Source: an uncultured Candidatus Saccharibacteria bacterium (GTDB lineage: Bacteria; Patescibacteriota; Saccharimonadia; Saccharimonadales; Saccharimonadaceae). Taken from it: DNA of 64,000 bases. The stretch's first letter is position 1. Every line of letters begins with the position of its first letter. The stretch covers positions 202,648-266,647 of the forward strand of contig CALFPG010000012.1 in NCBI GenBank assembly GCA_937921475.1, read 5' to 3'. The translations under genes and the position numbers were made by a program. Below are positions 9,550 through 16,942 of the stretch, one piece after another. Under the pieces are notes generated by a model, which worked only from the letters and a program-made list of their open reading frames with translations, was not told the DNA's origin and did no database searches.

Positions 9550-10674
9550 TTAGTTGTCTTCGCTATCTTTCCAGGCCTTCTGTATCTCAGGGATTTCGTA
9601 TGCTGGTACGTCTTTACCGTTTATAGTGAATGGCATCGGGCTTCCTTGTTTATAAAGACTACTAGGTCCGCCGATTCCTCGGAAATCAATTATCACAGGA
9701 GCTACTCTAACCTTTACTGTGCGGTCCGCTGTCCCATCAACAGCCTGCTTCTTTGACGGGTCAAAGTTTAGATATTCGGCACTTCCGCTTCTTAGTGTGT
9801 CGACAGTATTAACAACAGTCATTATTTCTGTAACCCCATCTCCTGTTAGATAAGCTGCTTGATATTTAGGAATCTGACCACTGTAATTTAGACCATTGCA
9901 TCGTGTAAGATCTCCTTCATCAGAACAAGGATCTGCGTTATTAAGGTTGTTTCGGACTAGCTTTGGATAAAGACCATCTTTTCCCGTAGACTCAAATATT
10001 TTATTTGGCTGCCCATCTAGTGGAAATAGGTCGAAAGCGTTATATTGACGATATTTTGTCTCAGGGTATTTTTTATACCCTTCAAACAAATTAGCTATCA
10101 CTTCTTGAGCATGTCCTATAGCCATACTGCTTAGGTAGGCATCGCGCATCTTGTCCGCTTCTTCCACCCTGCCTTCGTCGACTAGTTTAAAGTAGGATTT
10201 GGCCATTAAATTAATGCTGTAAGCGCTGTGTTCTCCGATATTTTTCATAACTTCAGGTAGTTCTTCGTCTGTTGTAATTATCTGACCAAACTCATCAATA
10301 TCTAATTTTGCAGATTCGCTGTTAACATGCATGTTTGTATAATTAATGAAGTCTGCCCTCAGATCATTCGTGTCTTTTGCATTATCCAAAGAGCTTAGAA
10401 GATCATCCAGCCCCTCAATTTCTGGGATTTCTCTAACCTCTGGTGATGGAGAGCTTGTCTCTTCTGCTGAAGGTGTAGGATCTTGAGTTTCCTGCGAGGT
10501 AGATGTTGCATCTGGAGTTGGCTCGGTGTAAGTCTCACCGCAGGCTGACAGTGGAGCTACTGCAGCTAGCATCGCCATTGCAGCGATGCCCTTTAAGGCC
10601 TTTTTTCTAAGTAAAGTTGAAAATCGTGTTTCTGAACCGCTTGGGTTATTGATATTATTAGGGTTATAAATCAT
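9550..10674 (-). CDS. predicted lipoprotein, first gene of the T4SS-like minus-strand block
   Basis: Hydrophobic signal with lipobox AVAPLSAC. A T/S/P/E-rich linker leads into a globular domain. No family recognised. Confidence 0.6.
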   Translation of the reverse strand: MIYNPNNINNPSGSETRFSTLLRKKALKGIAAMAMLAAVAPLSACGETYTEPTPDATSTSQETQDPTPSAEETSSPSPEVREIPEIEGLDDLLSSLDNAKDTNDLRADFINYTNMHVNSESAKLDIDEFGQIITTDEELPEVMKNIGEHSAYSINLMAKSYFKLVDEGRVEEADKMRDAYLSSMAIGHAQEVIANLFEGYKKYPETKYRQYNAFDLFPLDGQPNKIFESTGKDGLYPKLVRNNLNNADPCSDEGDLTRCNGLNYSGQIPKYQAAYLTGDGVTEIMTVVNTVDTLRSGSAEYLNFDPSKKQAVDGTADRTVKVRVAPVIIDFRGIGGPSSLYKQGSPMPFTINGKDVPAYEIPEIQKAWKDSEDN

Positions 10675-10803
10675 AACGCTTGGGGTCCTTTCTCTGACAT
10701 TGTCAGGTATTTTATTATAAAAACTCCTTAGACTCTCCAGTCCAATTGGCTATATAATAACATAAATTGTACAGAAATGCAATAAAAATGGTATATTTTC
10801 CAT

Positions 10804-10826
10804 AAAAAAACACCCTACCGGGGGTG
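10804..10826 (-). terminator. intrinsic terminator after tRNA-Asp
   Basis: The reverse strand has stem CACCC/GGGTG followed by TTTTTTT (plus-strand A-run 10804-10810). Confidence 0.65.
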
Positions 10827-10835
10827 AATTATCTG

Positions 10836-10913
10836 TGGCGCGCTCGACCGGATTCGAACCGGCGATCTCCTCCGTGACAGGGAGGCGTGATAGGCCAACT
10901 TCACTACGAGCGC
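10836..10913 (-). tRNA. tRNA-Asp (anticodon GTC), CCA encoded
   Basis: Hand-folded cloverleaf: GCGCTCG/CGAGCGC acceptor, anticodon arm CCTCC-CTGTCAC-GGAGG, T arm GCCGG-TTCGAAT-CCGGT, then G-CCA. Confidence 0.9.
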
Positions 10914-11016
10914 ATATCAATATCCCTTATATTATCAGATTACTTCTGTCTTTTCAAGGAAAATGTTTGCTTTTTTCGCTTGACTATTTTACAATTTAGG
11001 TATAAGAGAAAATTTT

Positions 11017-11388
11017 ATGACAAAAAGAAATATTGTAATCAGTATATTCATCGCAACAGTAATCGCAGGAAGTGTTTTTATACCCAGAATAGCTTTGGCT
11101 ATCAGCTGTGGTGGCGCGGAAACTTCTGTTATTTCTTGTGAAGGCGAAGGTAGCACGGCAATTATCAACATAATCAAACAAGTTATTAAAATCTTAACCG
11201 CTGGAGTTTTGGTCGCGGCGGTTGGTGCTGTTATATATGGCGCATTCTTATATACCACTTCTGAGGGTAGTCCTGATAAGATAAAAAAAGCACGCGAAGT
11301 CTGGACGAATACTGTTATTGGGATAATAATGTTTGCGTTTATGGTGGCAATTACTAACTTTATTATTCCAGGAGGAGTTTTCGATTAA
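11017..11388 (+). CDS. T4SS pilin-like (VirB2/TrbC-class) small membrane protein, paralogue 1 of 7
   Basis: Signal/TM helix and a Cys pair (CGG..SCEG). The C-terminal hairpin is ...GAFLYTTSEGSPDKIKKAREVWTNTVIGIIMFAF.... Confidence 0.7.
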   Translation: MTKRNIVISIFIATVIAGSVFIPRIALAISCGGAETSVISCEGEGSTAIINIIKQVIKILTAGVLVAAVGAVIYGAFLYTTSEGSPDKIKKAREVWTNTVIGIIMFAFMVAITNFIIPGGVFD

Positions 11389-11825
11389 TGAAGAAGATTA
11401 TAATAGCGATGTCTTTAATGATTATAGGGTCGTTTGGGGCGAGCGTAACTTTCCCGAATACTTCTTTTGCGGAAGGTGAAATTAATGAATGTGATAAAAA
11501 AGGTAAAATTTTAACATTAAAGCCGTGGTATTATGGATTAACGAAAGGTGACTGTTCTATTAAAGATATTGGTTCAGACGCTGATTCACAGGCAAAATTT
11601 ATCTGGAAAATCGCGCTTAATATCGTTGATGATTTGCTGCAACTTATTGGTTATACGACCGTTGGATATATTATATACGGTGGTTTCTTGATGATGACCA
11701 GTAACGGTGCTCCAGATAAGGCTGCGCACGGGCGAAAGACTATTATGAGTGCCGCGATTGGCTTGGTTATCGCCTTAGCTTCTGTTGCGTTGGTTAACTT
11801 TATATCATCAAATATAGGAGTATAA
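11388..11825 (+). CDS. T4SS pilin-like small membrane protein, paralogue 2
   Basis: Start overlaps the stop of paralogue 1 (TAATG), with a GGAGGAG SD. Motif GGFLMMTSNGAPDKAAHGRKTIMSAAIGLVIALAS. Confidence 0.7.
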   Translation: MKKIIIAMSLMIIGSFGASVTFPNTSFAEGEINECDKKGKILTLKPWYYGLTKGDCSIKDIGSDADSQAKFIWKIALNIVDDLLQLIGYTTVGYIIYGGFLMMTSNGAPDKAAHGRKTIMSAAIGLVIALASVALVNFISSNIGV

Positions 11826-11826
11826 A

Positions 11827-12111
11827 ATGAGATATATGGAATTTTTTGCTGGATTGTTGGGGAGTGCTGATAGTCTTGGTGTGCCGCAGAATAATGATGT
11901 AGATATTATGAGGTTTGTTAATTTGGCATTTTGGGTGGCTGGTGTCATAGCTGTTATAATTGTTATTATTGCTGGGATAAATTATTCCCTATCTGCCGGC
12001 GATCCAGCTAAGACGGCTAGCGCAAAGAATACTATTCTATATGCAGTCATCGGTTTGGTAATTATTGCTAACGCGATTGCTATAACAGGTTATATTATAG
12101 GAAAGGTTTAA
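11827..12111 (+). CDS. T4SS pilin-like small membrane protein, paralogue 3 (shortest, 94 aa)
   Basis: 1-nt gap to the previous gene. Motif AGINYSLSAGDPAKTASAKNTILYAVIGLVII. Confidence 0.65.
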   Translation: MRYMEFFAGLLGSADSLGVPQNNDVDIMRFVNLAFWVAGVIAVIIVIIAGINYSLSAGDPAKTASAKNTILYAVIGLVIIANAIAITGYIIGKV

Positions 12112-12112
12112 A

Positions 12113-12535
12113 ATGAAGATTTTTACGAAAATTCTGACAGCTGGAATGTTGATGGTTAGTCTCCTTGGTGTGTTTACTCCAGTGGTATCTGCAGCTAACG
12201 GTATTAATATTTGCTCAGAGGAAAATAAAAACTCTGTCTATTGTCAAAATAAAGATAGCGGTGAAGGTCAGGTGAATGGTATTATAAAAACTATCGTTGA
12301 AGTCCTACTTATGGCTGTCGGTGCTATTTCGATTATTATGATAGTTATTGGTGGTATTTTGTTTGCACTTTCCAGCGGTGACGCCCAGAAGGCTGCAAAA
12401 GCTAGGAGTACTATTTTATATGCTGTTGTTGGCTTAATAGTTTCTGTATTCGCTTCGGCGATTGTCAATTTTGTGTTTGACGGGTTTAATAAGCCTGTTA
12501 AGCATGATGAATCTAGTAATCATAATAAGGAGTAA
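12113..12535 (+). CDS. T4SS pilin-like small membrane protein, paralogue 4
   Basis: Signal peptide and a Cys pair (ICSEENKNSVYC). Motif GGILFALSSGDAQKAAKARSTILYAVVGLIVSVFASAIVNFV. Confidence 0.7.
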   Translation: MKIFTKILTAGMLMVSLLGVFTPVVSAANGINICSEENKNSVYCQNKDSGEGQVNGIIKTIVEVLLMAVGAISIIMIVIGGILFALSSGDAQKAAKARSTILYAVVGLIVSVFASAIVNFVFDGFNKPVKHDESSNHNKE

Positions 12536-12537
12536 AA

Positions 12538-12978
12538 ATGAAAAAAATGATATTATCGGCATTAATTGTAGCTTGTTCGGTGTTCGGATTTTCAGCCATA
12601 TCAGTAGCTTCTCTTCCGACAAACGTTTCCGCGCAAGCTGCTAATAGCGTCGTAAAGAAAGGTATAACAACTGCTACTACGGCGGATATGAAAAATAAAA
12701 GCATTGCAGGTGAAGGTGGATTAATAAGTATATTGATTAATTTTCTACTGTGGGCTGTGGGTATTTTATCTGTTGTTATGATTATCTTTAGTGGATTTCG
12801 CTATATCACTTCAGCTGGAGATGCCGCAAAAACGAAGTCTGCTCAAACTGCTCTCACTTATTCGATAGTTGGTTTAATTGTAGCTGTTTTTGCTTGGGCT
12901 ATTGTCAACATAGTATTGGATCGGATTGGAGTTAAGACGTCATCTAACTCTACGGACTCGTCTGTATCCTCTAATTAG
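12538..12978 (+). CDS. T4SS pilin-like small membrane protein, paralogue 5 (Ser-rich C-tail)
   Basis: Signal peptide. Motif SGFRYITSAGDAAKTKSAQTALTYSIVGLIVAVFAWAIVNIV. Confidence 0.7.
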   Translation: MKKMILSALIVACSVFGFSAISVASLPTNVSAQAANSVVKKGITTATTADMKNKSIAGEGGLISILINFLLWAVGILSVVMIIFSGFRYITSAGDAAKTKSAQTALTYSIVGLIVAVFAWAIVNIVLDRIGVKTSSNSTDSSVSSN

Positions 12979-12980
12979 TT

Positions 12981-13008
12981 TTGCAAATAACAGATAAAAA
13001 TGTATAAT
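12981..13008 (+). promoter_or_regulatory. sigma70-type promoter TTGCAA-16-TATAAT dedicated to pilin paralogue 6
   Basis: Reads ttgcaaataacagataaaaatgtataat. A 31-nt leader with an AAGGAG SD follows before ATG 13040. Confidence 0.5.
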
Positions 13009-13039
13009 AGTAATATCATTAAACAAGGAGAAAATAACA

Positions 13040-13423
13040 ATGAATAAATTAAAATTAATCTTGGCGGGACTACTGGTAGTACCAACTGTTGCTTTGGCTG
13101 TAGCTCCAGCTGCAAGCGCTGAAGGAGACTTTACTCTAAATGGCGGCGTTAGCAGCGCGCAAGGAGATGGTGTCGGTCAGGTATCTACAGATCCTGAATC
13201 TTTAGTTAAGAAATTTGTAAACATATTCTTGTTTGCCGTTGGTGCATTGAGCGTTATTATGCTTATCTGGGGTGGTATCCGTTACACCACTTCAGCTGGT
13301 GATAGCAATAAGGTCCAGGCGGCTAAGAACACGGTTTTGTATGCAATTGTCGGTTTGGTAGTTGCAATTTTGGCATACGCAATCGTCAATATGGTTATCA
13401 GTAAGATTGCAACAGGATCATAA
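13040..13423 (+). CDS. T4SS pilin-like small membrane protein, paralogue 6 (own promoter, SD and terminator; candidate major subunit)
   Basis: Signal peptide ...APAASAEG. Motif GGIRYTTSAGDSNKVQAAKNTVLYAIVGLVVAILAYAIVNMV. Confidence 0.75.
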   Translation: MNKLKLILAGLLVVPTVALAVAPAASAEGDFTLNGGVSSAQGDGVGQVSTDPESLVKKFVNIFLFAVGALSVIMLIWGGIRYTTSAGDSNKVQAAKNTVLYAIVGLVVAILAYAIVNMVISKIATGS

Positions 13424-13443
13424 TCTTCCCTATTGATAAAAAA

Positions 13444-13470
13444 GAGCCTCGCTGATGAGGTTCTTTTTTT
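13444..13470 (+). terminator. intrinsic terminator after the pilin array
   Basis: Stem GAGCCTC/GAGGTTC (one G-U pair), 6-nt loop, then TTTTTTT. Confidence 0.65.
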
Positions 13471-13476
13471 GTGGCT

Positions 13477-13504
13477 AAAAAATACCGCCAACTTGTGACG
13501 GTAT
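13477..13504 (-). terminator. intrinsic terminator after hsp20
   Basis: The reverse strand has stem ATACCG/CGGTAT with an 11-nt loop, followed by TTTTTT. Confidence 0.45.
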
Positions 13505-13522
13505 TTTCTGTGAAATGGTTTT

Positions 13523-14029
13523 TTACAGAACTTGAATCTTCTTTGCTTTTTCTTGCTTTATCTTTTCAAAAGTAATTGTCAAAACACCATCTTTTAATTC
13601 TGCCTTAACGCCTTCTTCATTTACAGCGGTTGGCAATGCTAATGTACGACTGAATTCACCCCAGTAGCACTCTTGGATGTGCCATTGGCGAACATCTGCT
13701 TCGTCACCGCTAGACAGTGTACCGCTAATTGTTAAGATACCGTCAGAAATGCTTACGTCTAGGTCGTTTCGGTCTACGCCGGCAGTACGAGCTTTGATAA
13801 CTAGGTTATTTTCTGTCTCAAAAACGTCAACAGCCAATTGGCCCATTGCATCATCAGCCTCATCTTCCCAGTTGTCATCGGATCGTGTTGTTGGCGTACT
13901 GTTACTTCTACTATTGTCGTCGTTAAAACCAGGTAGCAGATCGTCGTTATCATCATCAATAAACGCCGCTGCCAATTCCTGTTCTGTTAGTAATGTATCA
14001 TCTTGCTTTCGGGCCATAATTTCCTCCAC
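13523..14029 (-). CDS. Hsp20/alpha-crystallin family small heat-shock protein
   Basis: The alpha-crystallin domain is recognisable (LAVDVFETENNLVIKARTAGVDRNDLDVSISDGILTISG ... GVLTITFEK). GGAGGA SD. Confidence 0.85.
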   Translation of the reverse strand: MEEIMARKQDDTLLTEQELAAAFIDDDNDDLLPGFNDDNSRSNSTPTTRSDDNWEDEADDAMGQLAVDVFETENNLVIKARTAGVDRNDLDVSISDGILTISGTLSSGDEADVRQWHIQECYWGEFSRTLALPTAVNEEGVKAELKDGVLTITFEKIKQEKAKKIQVL

Positions 14030-14062
14030 TTTTATAATAGGCTCATTGACAAAGTCTTTATT

Positions 14063-14091
14063 AGTATAACTGTAATGTGCGTTATAATCAA
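14063..14091 (-). promoter_or_regulatory. sigma70-type promoter TTGATT-17-TATACT for hsp20
   Basis: The reverse strand reads ttgattataacgcacattacagttatact. It lies about 30 nt upstream of the hsp20 SD. Confidence 0.4.
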
Positions 14092-14121
14092 CAGAGAAAG
14101 GCTTAAAACGTAAAAATTACA

Positions 14122-14796
14122 ATGTTTGACACGCTATTATCAATCATCGCTCCTCACCACTGTTATAAGTGTGGTAAAACGGGTGATATTTTATGCTTAG
14201 ATTGTAAAAAATACATCATCAGTCGGAAGTATGATATGTGTGTATTATGTGGTGATTTATTGGAGAATGGCAATTTATGTAAAAAGCATAAGCTCCCCTG
14301 TGATATGATCTGGTGTTTTTCACGACGTACGGGTGTTGTTGCAAAGATTATTGATGATTATAAGTTTAACCGTGTTCAGGCGGCGGCTGATTTACTAAGC
14401 GAATTCTTAGATGAAGCTCTGCCTGAATTGCCATCAGATACAGTAATCGTACCAATTCCTACAATTTCTAAGAATATTCGGCGTCGTGGATTTGATCATA
14501 TCCGAAAAATTGCTATTAAACTATCTCGACGTAGAAAAATAGAGTGTTATTCCCTACTCCGGCGCAGAAATAACGTCACTCAGCACTTTACAAAATCTTC
14601 CGCCCAGAGAAAACGTCAAGCAAAGGAGTTTTTTGAAATTGCGGGTAAAATTGATAAAAATAAGCGGTATATCATTATTGATGATATATTTACGACTGGC
14701 TCAACTGTGTTGGCAGCGGCGGAATGTTTGAGAAAAAATGGCGCCAAACACGTGGAAATTGCGGTTATTGCCAGGCATGGGCGCCCGAAATTATGA
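14122..14796 (+). CDS. comF: ComF-family protein (ComFC-like phosphoribosyltransferase with N-terminal Cys-rich zinc finger)
   Basis: Has CYKCG..CLDC and CVLCG..C motifs. PRTase signature YIIIDDIFTTGSTVLAAAECL. Confidence 0.8.
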   Translation: MFDTLLSIIAPHHCYKCGKTGDILCLDCKKYIISRKYDMCVLCGDLLENGNLCKKHKLPCDMIWCFSRRTGVVAKIIDDYKFNRVQAAADLLSEFLDEALPELPSDTVIVPIPTISKNIRRRGFDHIRKIAIKLSRRRKIECYSLLRRRNNVTQHFTKSSAQRKRQAKEFFEIAGKIDKNKRYIIIDDIFTTGSTVLAAAECLRKNGAKHVEIAVIARHGRPKL

Positions 14797-15243
14797 GTGA
14801 TGATAATGACTACCGCGGTGGATTTCTTGGGCGCGGTATAATTGCTCAGCTAAAATGAGACGAACTAATTGGTGTGGAAACACTAAGTTTGATAACGACC
14901 AGAGGACGTTGGATTTTTGGCGCAAGTCGCTAGTAACTCCGTAAGCGCCACCGATGATGAAGACAATATGCTTGTTGGTATGTTCGGTTATTAAGTTAGA
15001 TAATTCCGGTGACGATAAGTTTTTTCCGCGCTCATCGAGCAAAATAACGAAGTCGTCCGAATTGAGGCGTGAAAAAATACGCTCAGACTCTTCCTGGCGC
15101 GCTCTGTCGCCTTCAAAGCTTGAATGCGGTAGAATAATCATTTCCGCAGCAAAAGGTGCTCGTAGACGCTCTAAAAAACGAAAAATGCCTGGTTGAACCC
15201 AGGCTTCGTGCTTTTTTCCGATTGTTATAATGGTGATTTTCAT
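14791..15243 (-). CDS. rlmH: 23S rRNA (pseudouridine1915-N3)-methyltransferase RlmH
   Basis: MKITIITIGKKHEAWVQPG... is a typical RlmH start and GGAYG is present. The ORF-track N-terminal extension to 15333 runs through tRNA-Ser, so I trimmed it to ATG 15243. Confidence 0.8.
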   Translation of the reverse strand: MKITIITIGKKHEAWVQPGIFRFLERLRAPFAAEMIILPHSSFEGDRARQEESERIFSRLNSDDFVILLDERGKNLSSPELSNLITEHTNKHIVFIIGGAYGVTSDLRQKSNVLWSLSNLVFPHQLVRLILAEQLYRAQEIHRGSHYHHS

Positions 15244-15251
15244 AATATCTA

Positions 15252-15339
15252 TGGCGGAGAGAGAGGGATTCGAACCCTCGATGAGTTGCCCCATACCGCT
15301 TTTCGAGAGCGGCCAGTTCAACCACTCCTGCACCTCTCC
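15252..15339 (-). tRNA. tRNA-Ser (anticodon CGA), long variable arm, CCA encoded
   Basis: Hand fold: GGAGAGG acceptor, D stem CAG/CTG, anticodon arm CCGCT-CTCGAAA-AGCGG, 16-nt variable arm, T arm GAGGG-TTCGAAT-CCCTC. Confidence 0.9.
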
Positions 15340-15360
15340 GTATCTAACTAATTCGGGAAA

Positions 15361-15594
15361 TTATTTTTTATCAGTCTTCTTTGAGTCTTTGGCCACTATA
15401 GTGCCGATAATACTCCAGACGATACATAGAGCTAAACCGACGCCACCTAGTTGACAAAATTTAATCATCCACTTACTAGCTTCATTCCAAGTTATCAATT
15501 CAAAGAACTCTGCGCCAGCTAAAATTGCTATAGCAGTCGAACAGATTGCTATAATTCCCAATCCTGAATATTTTACGTACTTAATAAAATTCAT
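15361..15594 (-). CDS. small two-TM membrane protein (77 aa) between two tRNA genes
   Basis: MNFIKYVKYSGLGIIAICSTAIAILAG...LGGVGLALCIVWSIIGTIVA. I trimmed the ORF-track start at 15627 because it overlaps tRNA-Arg. Confidence 0.45.
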   Translation of the reverse strand: MNFIKYVKYSGLGIIAICSTAIAILAGAEFFELITWNEASKWMIKFCQLGGVGLALCIVWSIIGTIVAKDSKKTDKK

Positions 15595-15612
15595 ACCCCT
15601 CCTTAGGTTAAT

Positions 15613-15689
15613 TGGTACACCCGGCAAGATTCGAACTTACGACCTCTGGCTCCGCAAGCCAGCGCTCTATCCAGCTGAGCTACGGGTGC
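15613..15689 (-). tRNA. tRNA-Arg (anticodon GCG), CCA encoded
   Basis: Hand fold: GCACCCG/CGGGTGT acceptor (G1-U72), D arm GCTC-AGCTGGATA-GAGC, anticodon arm CTGGC-TTGCGGA-GCCAG, T arm GTAAG-TTCGAAT-CTTGC, then A-CCA. Confidence 0.85.
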
Positions 15690-15768
15690 ATACAGCCTTT
15701 CGAGAATCGATTGGCCGCAACAAAAAATAATAAGGTACCTTCATTGCTATAAAGCACTGAACTTTTGT

Positions 15769-15797
15769 ATTCTACCACATAAAATATAGTCAATCAA
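15769..15797 (-). promoter_or_regulatory. sigma70-type promoter TTGATT-17-(TGg)TAGAAT upstream of the tRNA-Arg / tRNA-Ser / rlmH string
   Basis: The reverse strand reads ttgattgactatattttatgtggtagaat. Confidence 0.4.
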
Positions 15798-15798
15798 G

Positions 15799-16317
15799 CT
15801 ATAGCTTTATCAGCCGAATAAACTTCTCTAAGGCGTCCGGCTTAATTTCTTGCATTGGTAGGCGTGCTCCGAGCATGTCGACGATTCTTTCGCCTTCTGC
15901 CTCGGAAAAGTAAATAGTTAAACCTGGCGAAAATCGTTTTACTGGCAATAATAGAATCGAATGTTGGTTGTTTTCGTGAATTAATCCAAATGCGCGAAAT
16001 TCGCTAAAATCGTGTAAAACGTCGGCAATGTAAATGCCTTTGGGGCTAATTGCGTAGTTTATTATTTGTGGGGTTTTGTTTGATAATACAAACAAGGCTA
16101 CAGCCATAATTGGTAGTAAAACTGCGAAAGTCCAGTTCTTAAACACTAAAATTGCTAAAGCCATTAAACCTATCAACACAATGACAAAAAACACGTACCA
16201 CAATTTACCGCGTTGAACCTGTACGCCTTCTGGTGCGTTCCAAGCTATTGGCTCGGTTAAATCAATCCTGTCAGGTGATGGTGTTTCAAAGTCTTGGTTT
16301 TCTGGACTATCGTTCAT
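15799..16317 (-). CDS. hypothetical two-TM membrane protein with C-terminal soluble domain
   Basis: 172-aa ORF with two adjacent TM helices (LWYVFFVIVLIGLMALAILVF, FAVLLPIMAVALFVL). Any family assignment (possibly bacterial PH-like) is a guess. Confidence 0.55.
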   Translation of the reverse strand: MNDSPENQDFETPSPDRIDLTEPIAWNAPEGVQVQRGKLWYVFFVIVLIGLMALAILVFKNWTFAVLLPIMAVALFVLSNKTPQIINYAISPKGIYIADVLHDFSEFRAFGLIHENNQHSILLLPVKRFSPGLTIYFSEAEGERIVDMLGARLPMQEIKPDALEKFIRLIKL

Positions 16318-16352
16318 GAGGTTAGTATATCACGATGAGAATTAGTGAACAA

Positions 16353-16760
16353 TTAAACGTTAGTGGTTGATCCGCCGCTTAAAGCTGCGCCAAGGATGAA
16401 GTTGATTATGGCGTAAGCAAAGACCGCGACTAATAGACCGATGATTGCATATAAAATTGTGTTTTTGGCGTTTGTGACGGATTCTTTTTTACCGCCAGAT
16501 ATTACGTAGCGGAAACCGCCGAAGATTAGCATAACGACGCTTAAGACACCGACGCCGAATAGCATAATGTTGATGGCTCGTCTTACGATTGATGAATCAC
16601 CATTAGCTAAGTTGGCTGGCGTATTGTCGCCGCGTGCTGCGTTAATTCCGGCTGGCGCACCGCCCTCACCCAATGCGGAAACTGGAGCCGTCACCAAAGC
16701 TACGCCAAATCCGATTGTAAGTAATCCTGTTATAATTTTAGAAATATATCCTTTTATCAT
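16353..16760 (-). CDS. T4SS pilin-like small membrane protein, paralogue 7 (orphan copy)
   Basis: Signal peptide. Motif GGFRYVISGGKKESVTNAKNTILYAIIGLLVAVFAYAIINFI. TATAAT (16767-16772, reverse strand) lies 6 nt before the ATG. Confidence 0.7.
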   Translation of the reverse strand: MIKGYISKIITGLLTIGFGVALVTAPVSALGEGGAPAGINAARGDNTPANLANGDSSIVRRAINIMLFGVGVLSVVMLIFGGFRYVISGGKKESVTNAKNTILYAIIGLLVAVFAYAIINFILGAALSGGSTTNV

Positions 16761-16832
16761 AATTCTATTATACCCTATTTATAATAAAGCTATTAATAAT
16801 TACACTTATATGGTACACTAAATAGTGAATTT

Positions 16833-16925
16833 GGAGGAGTACCCAAGTGGCTGAAGGGGACGGTTTGCTAAATCGTTAGTATGGAGAGATCTGTAGCGGG
16901 GGTTCGAATCCCCCCTCCTCCGCCA
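16833..16925 (+). tRNA. tRNA-Ser (anticodon GCT), CCA encoded
   Basis: Hand fold: GGAGGAG acceptor, anticodon arm ACGGT-TTGCTAA-ATCGT, 21-nt variable arm, T arm GGGGG-TTCGAAT-CCCCC. Confidence 0.9.
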
Positions 16926-16942
16926 AAATTCAGAGATAGTAC

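Noticed and set aside
10694-10706. Palindrome ctgaca-t-tgtcag in the 5' region of the lipoprotein gene.
   Set aside because: It is short (6-bp arms) and isolated, and I noticed no second copy in the window. This is insufficient to call an operator.
10980-11016. Promoter for the pilin array: TTGACT at 10980 with TATAAG at 11001.
   Set aside because: The spacer is only 15 nt, and the box-to-ATG distance (10 nt) fits neither a clean leaderless nor a leadered model. Left unannotated.
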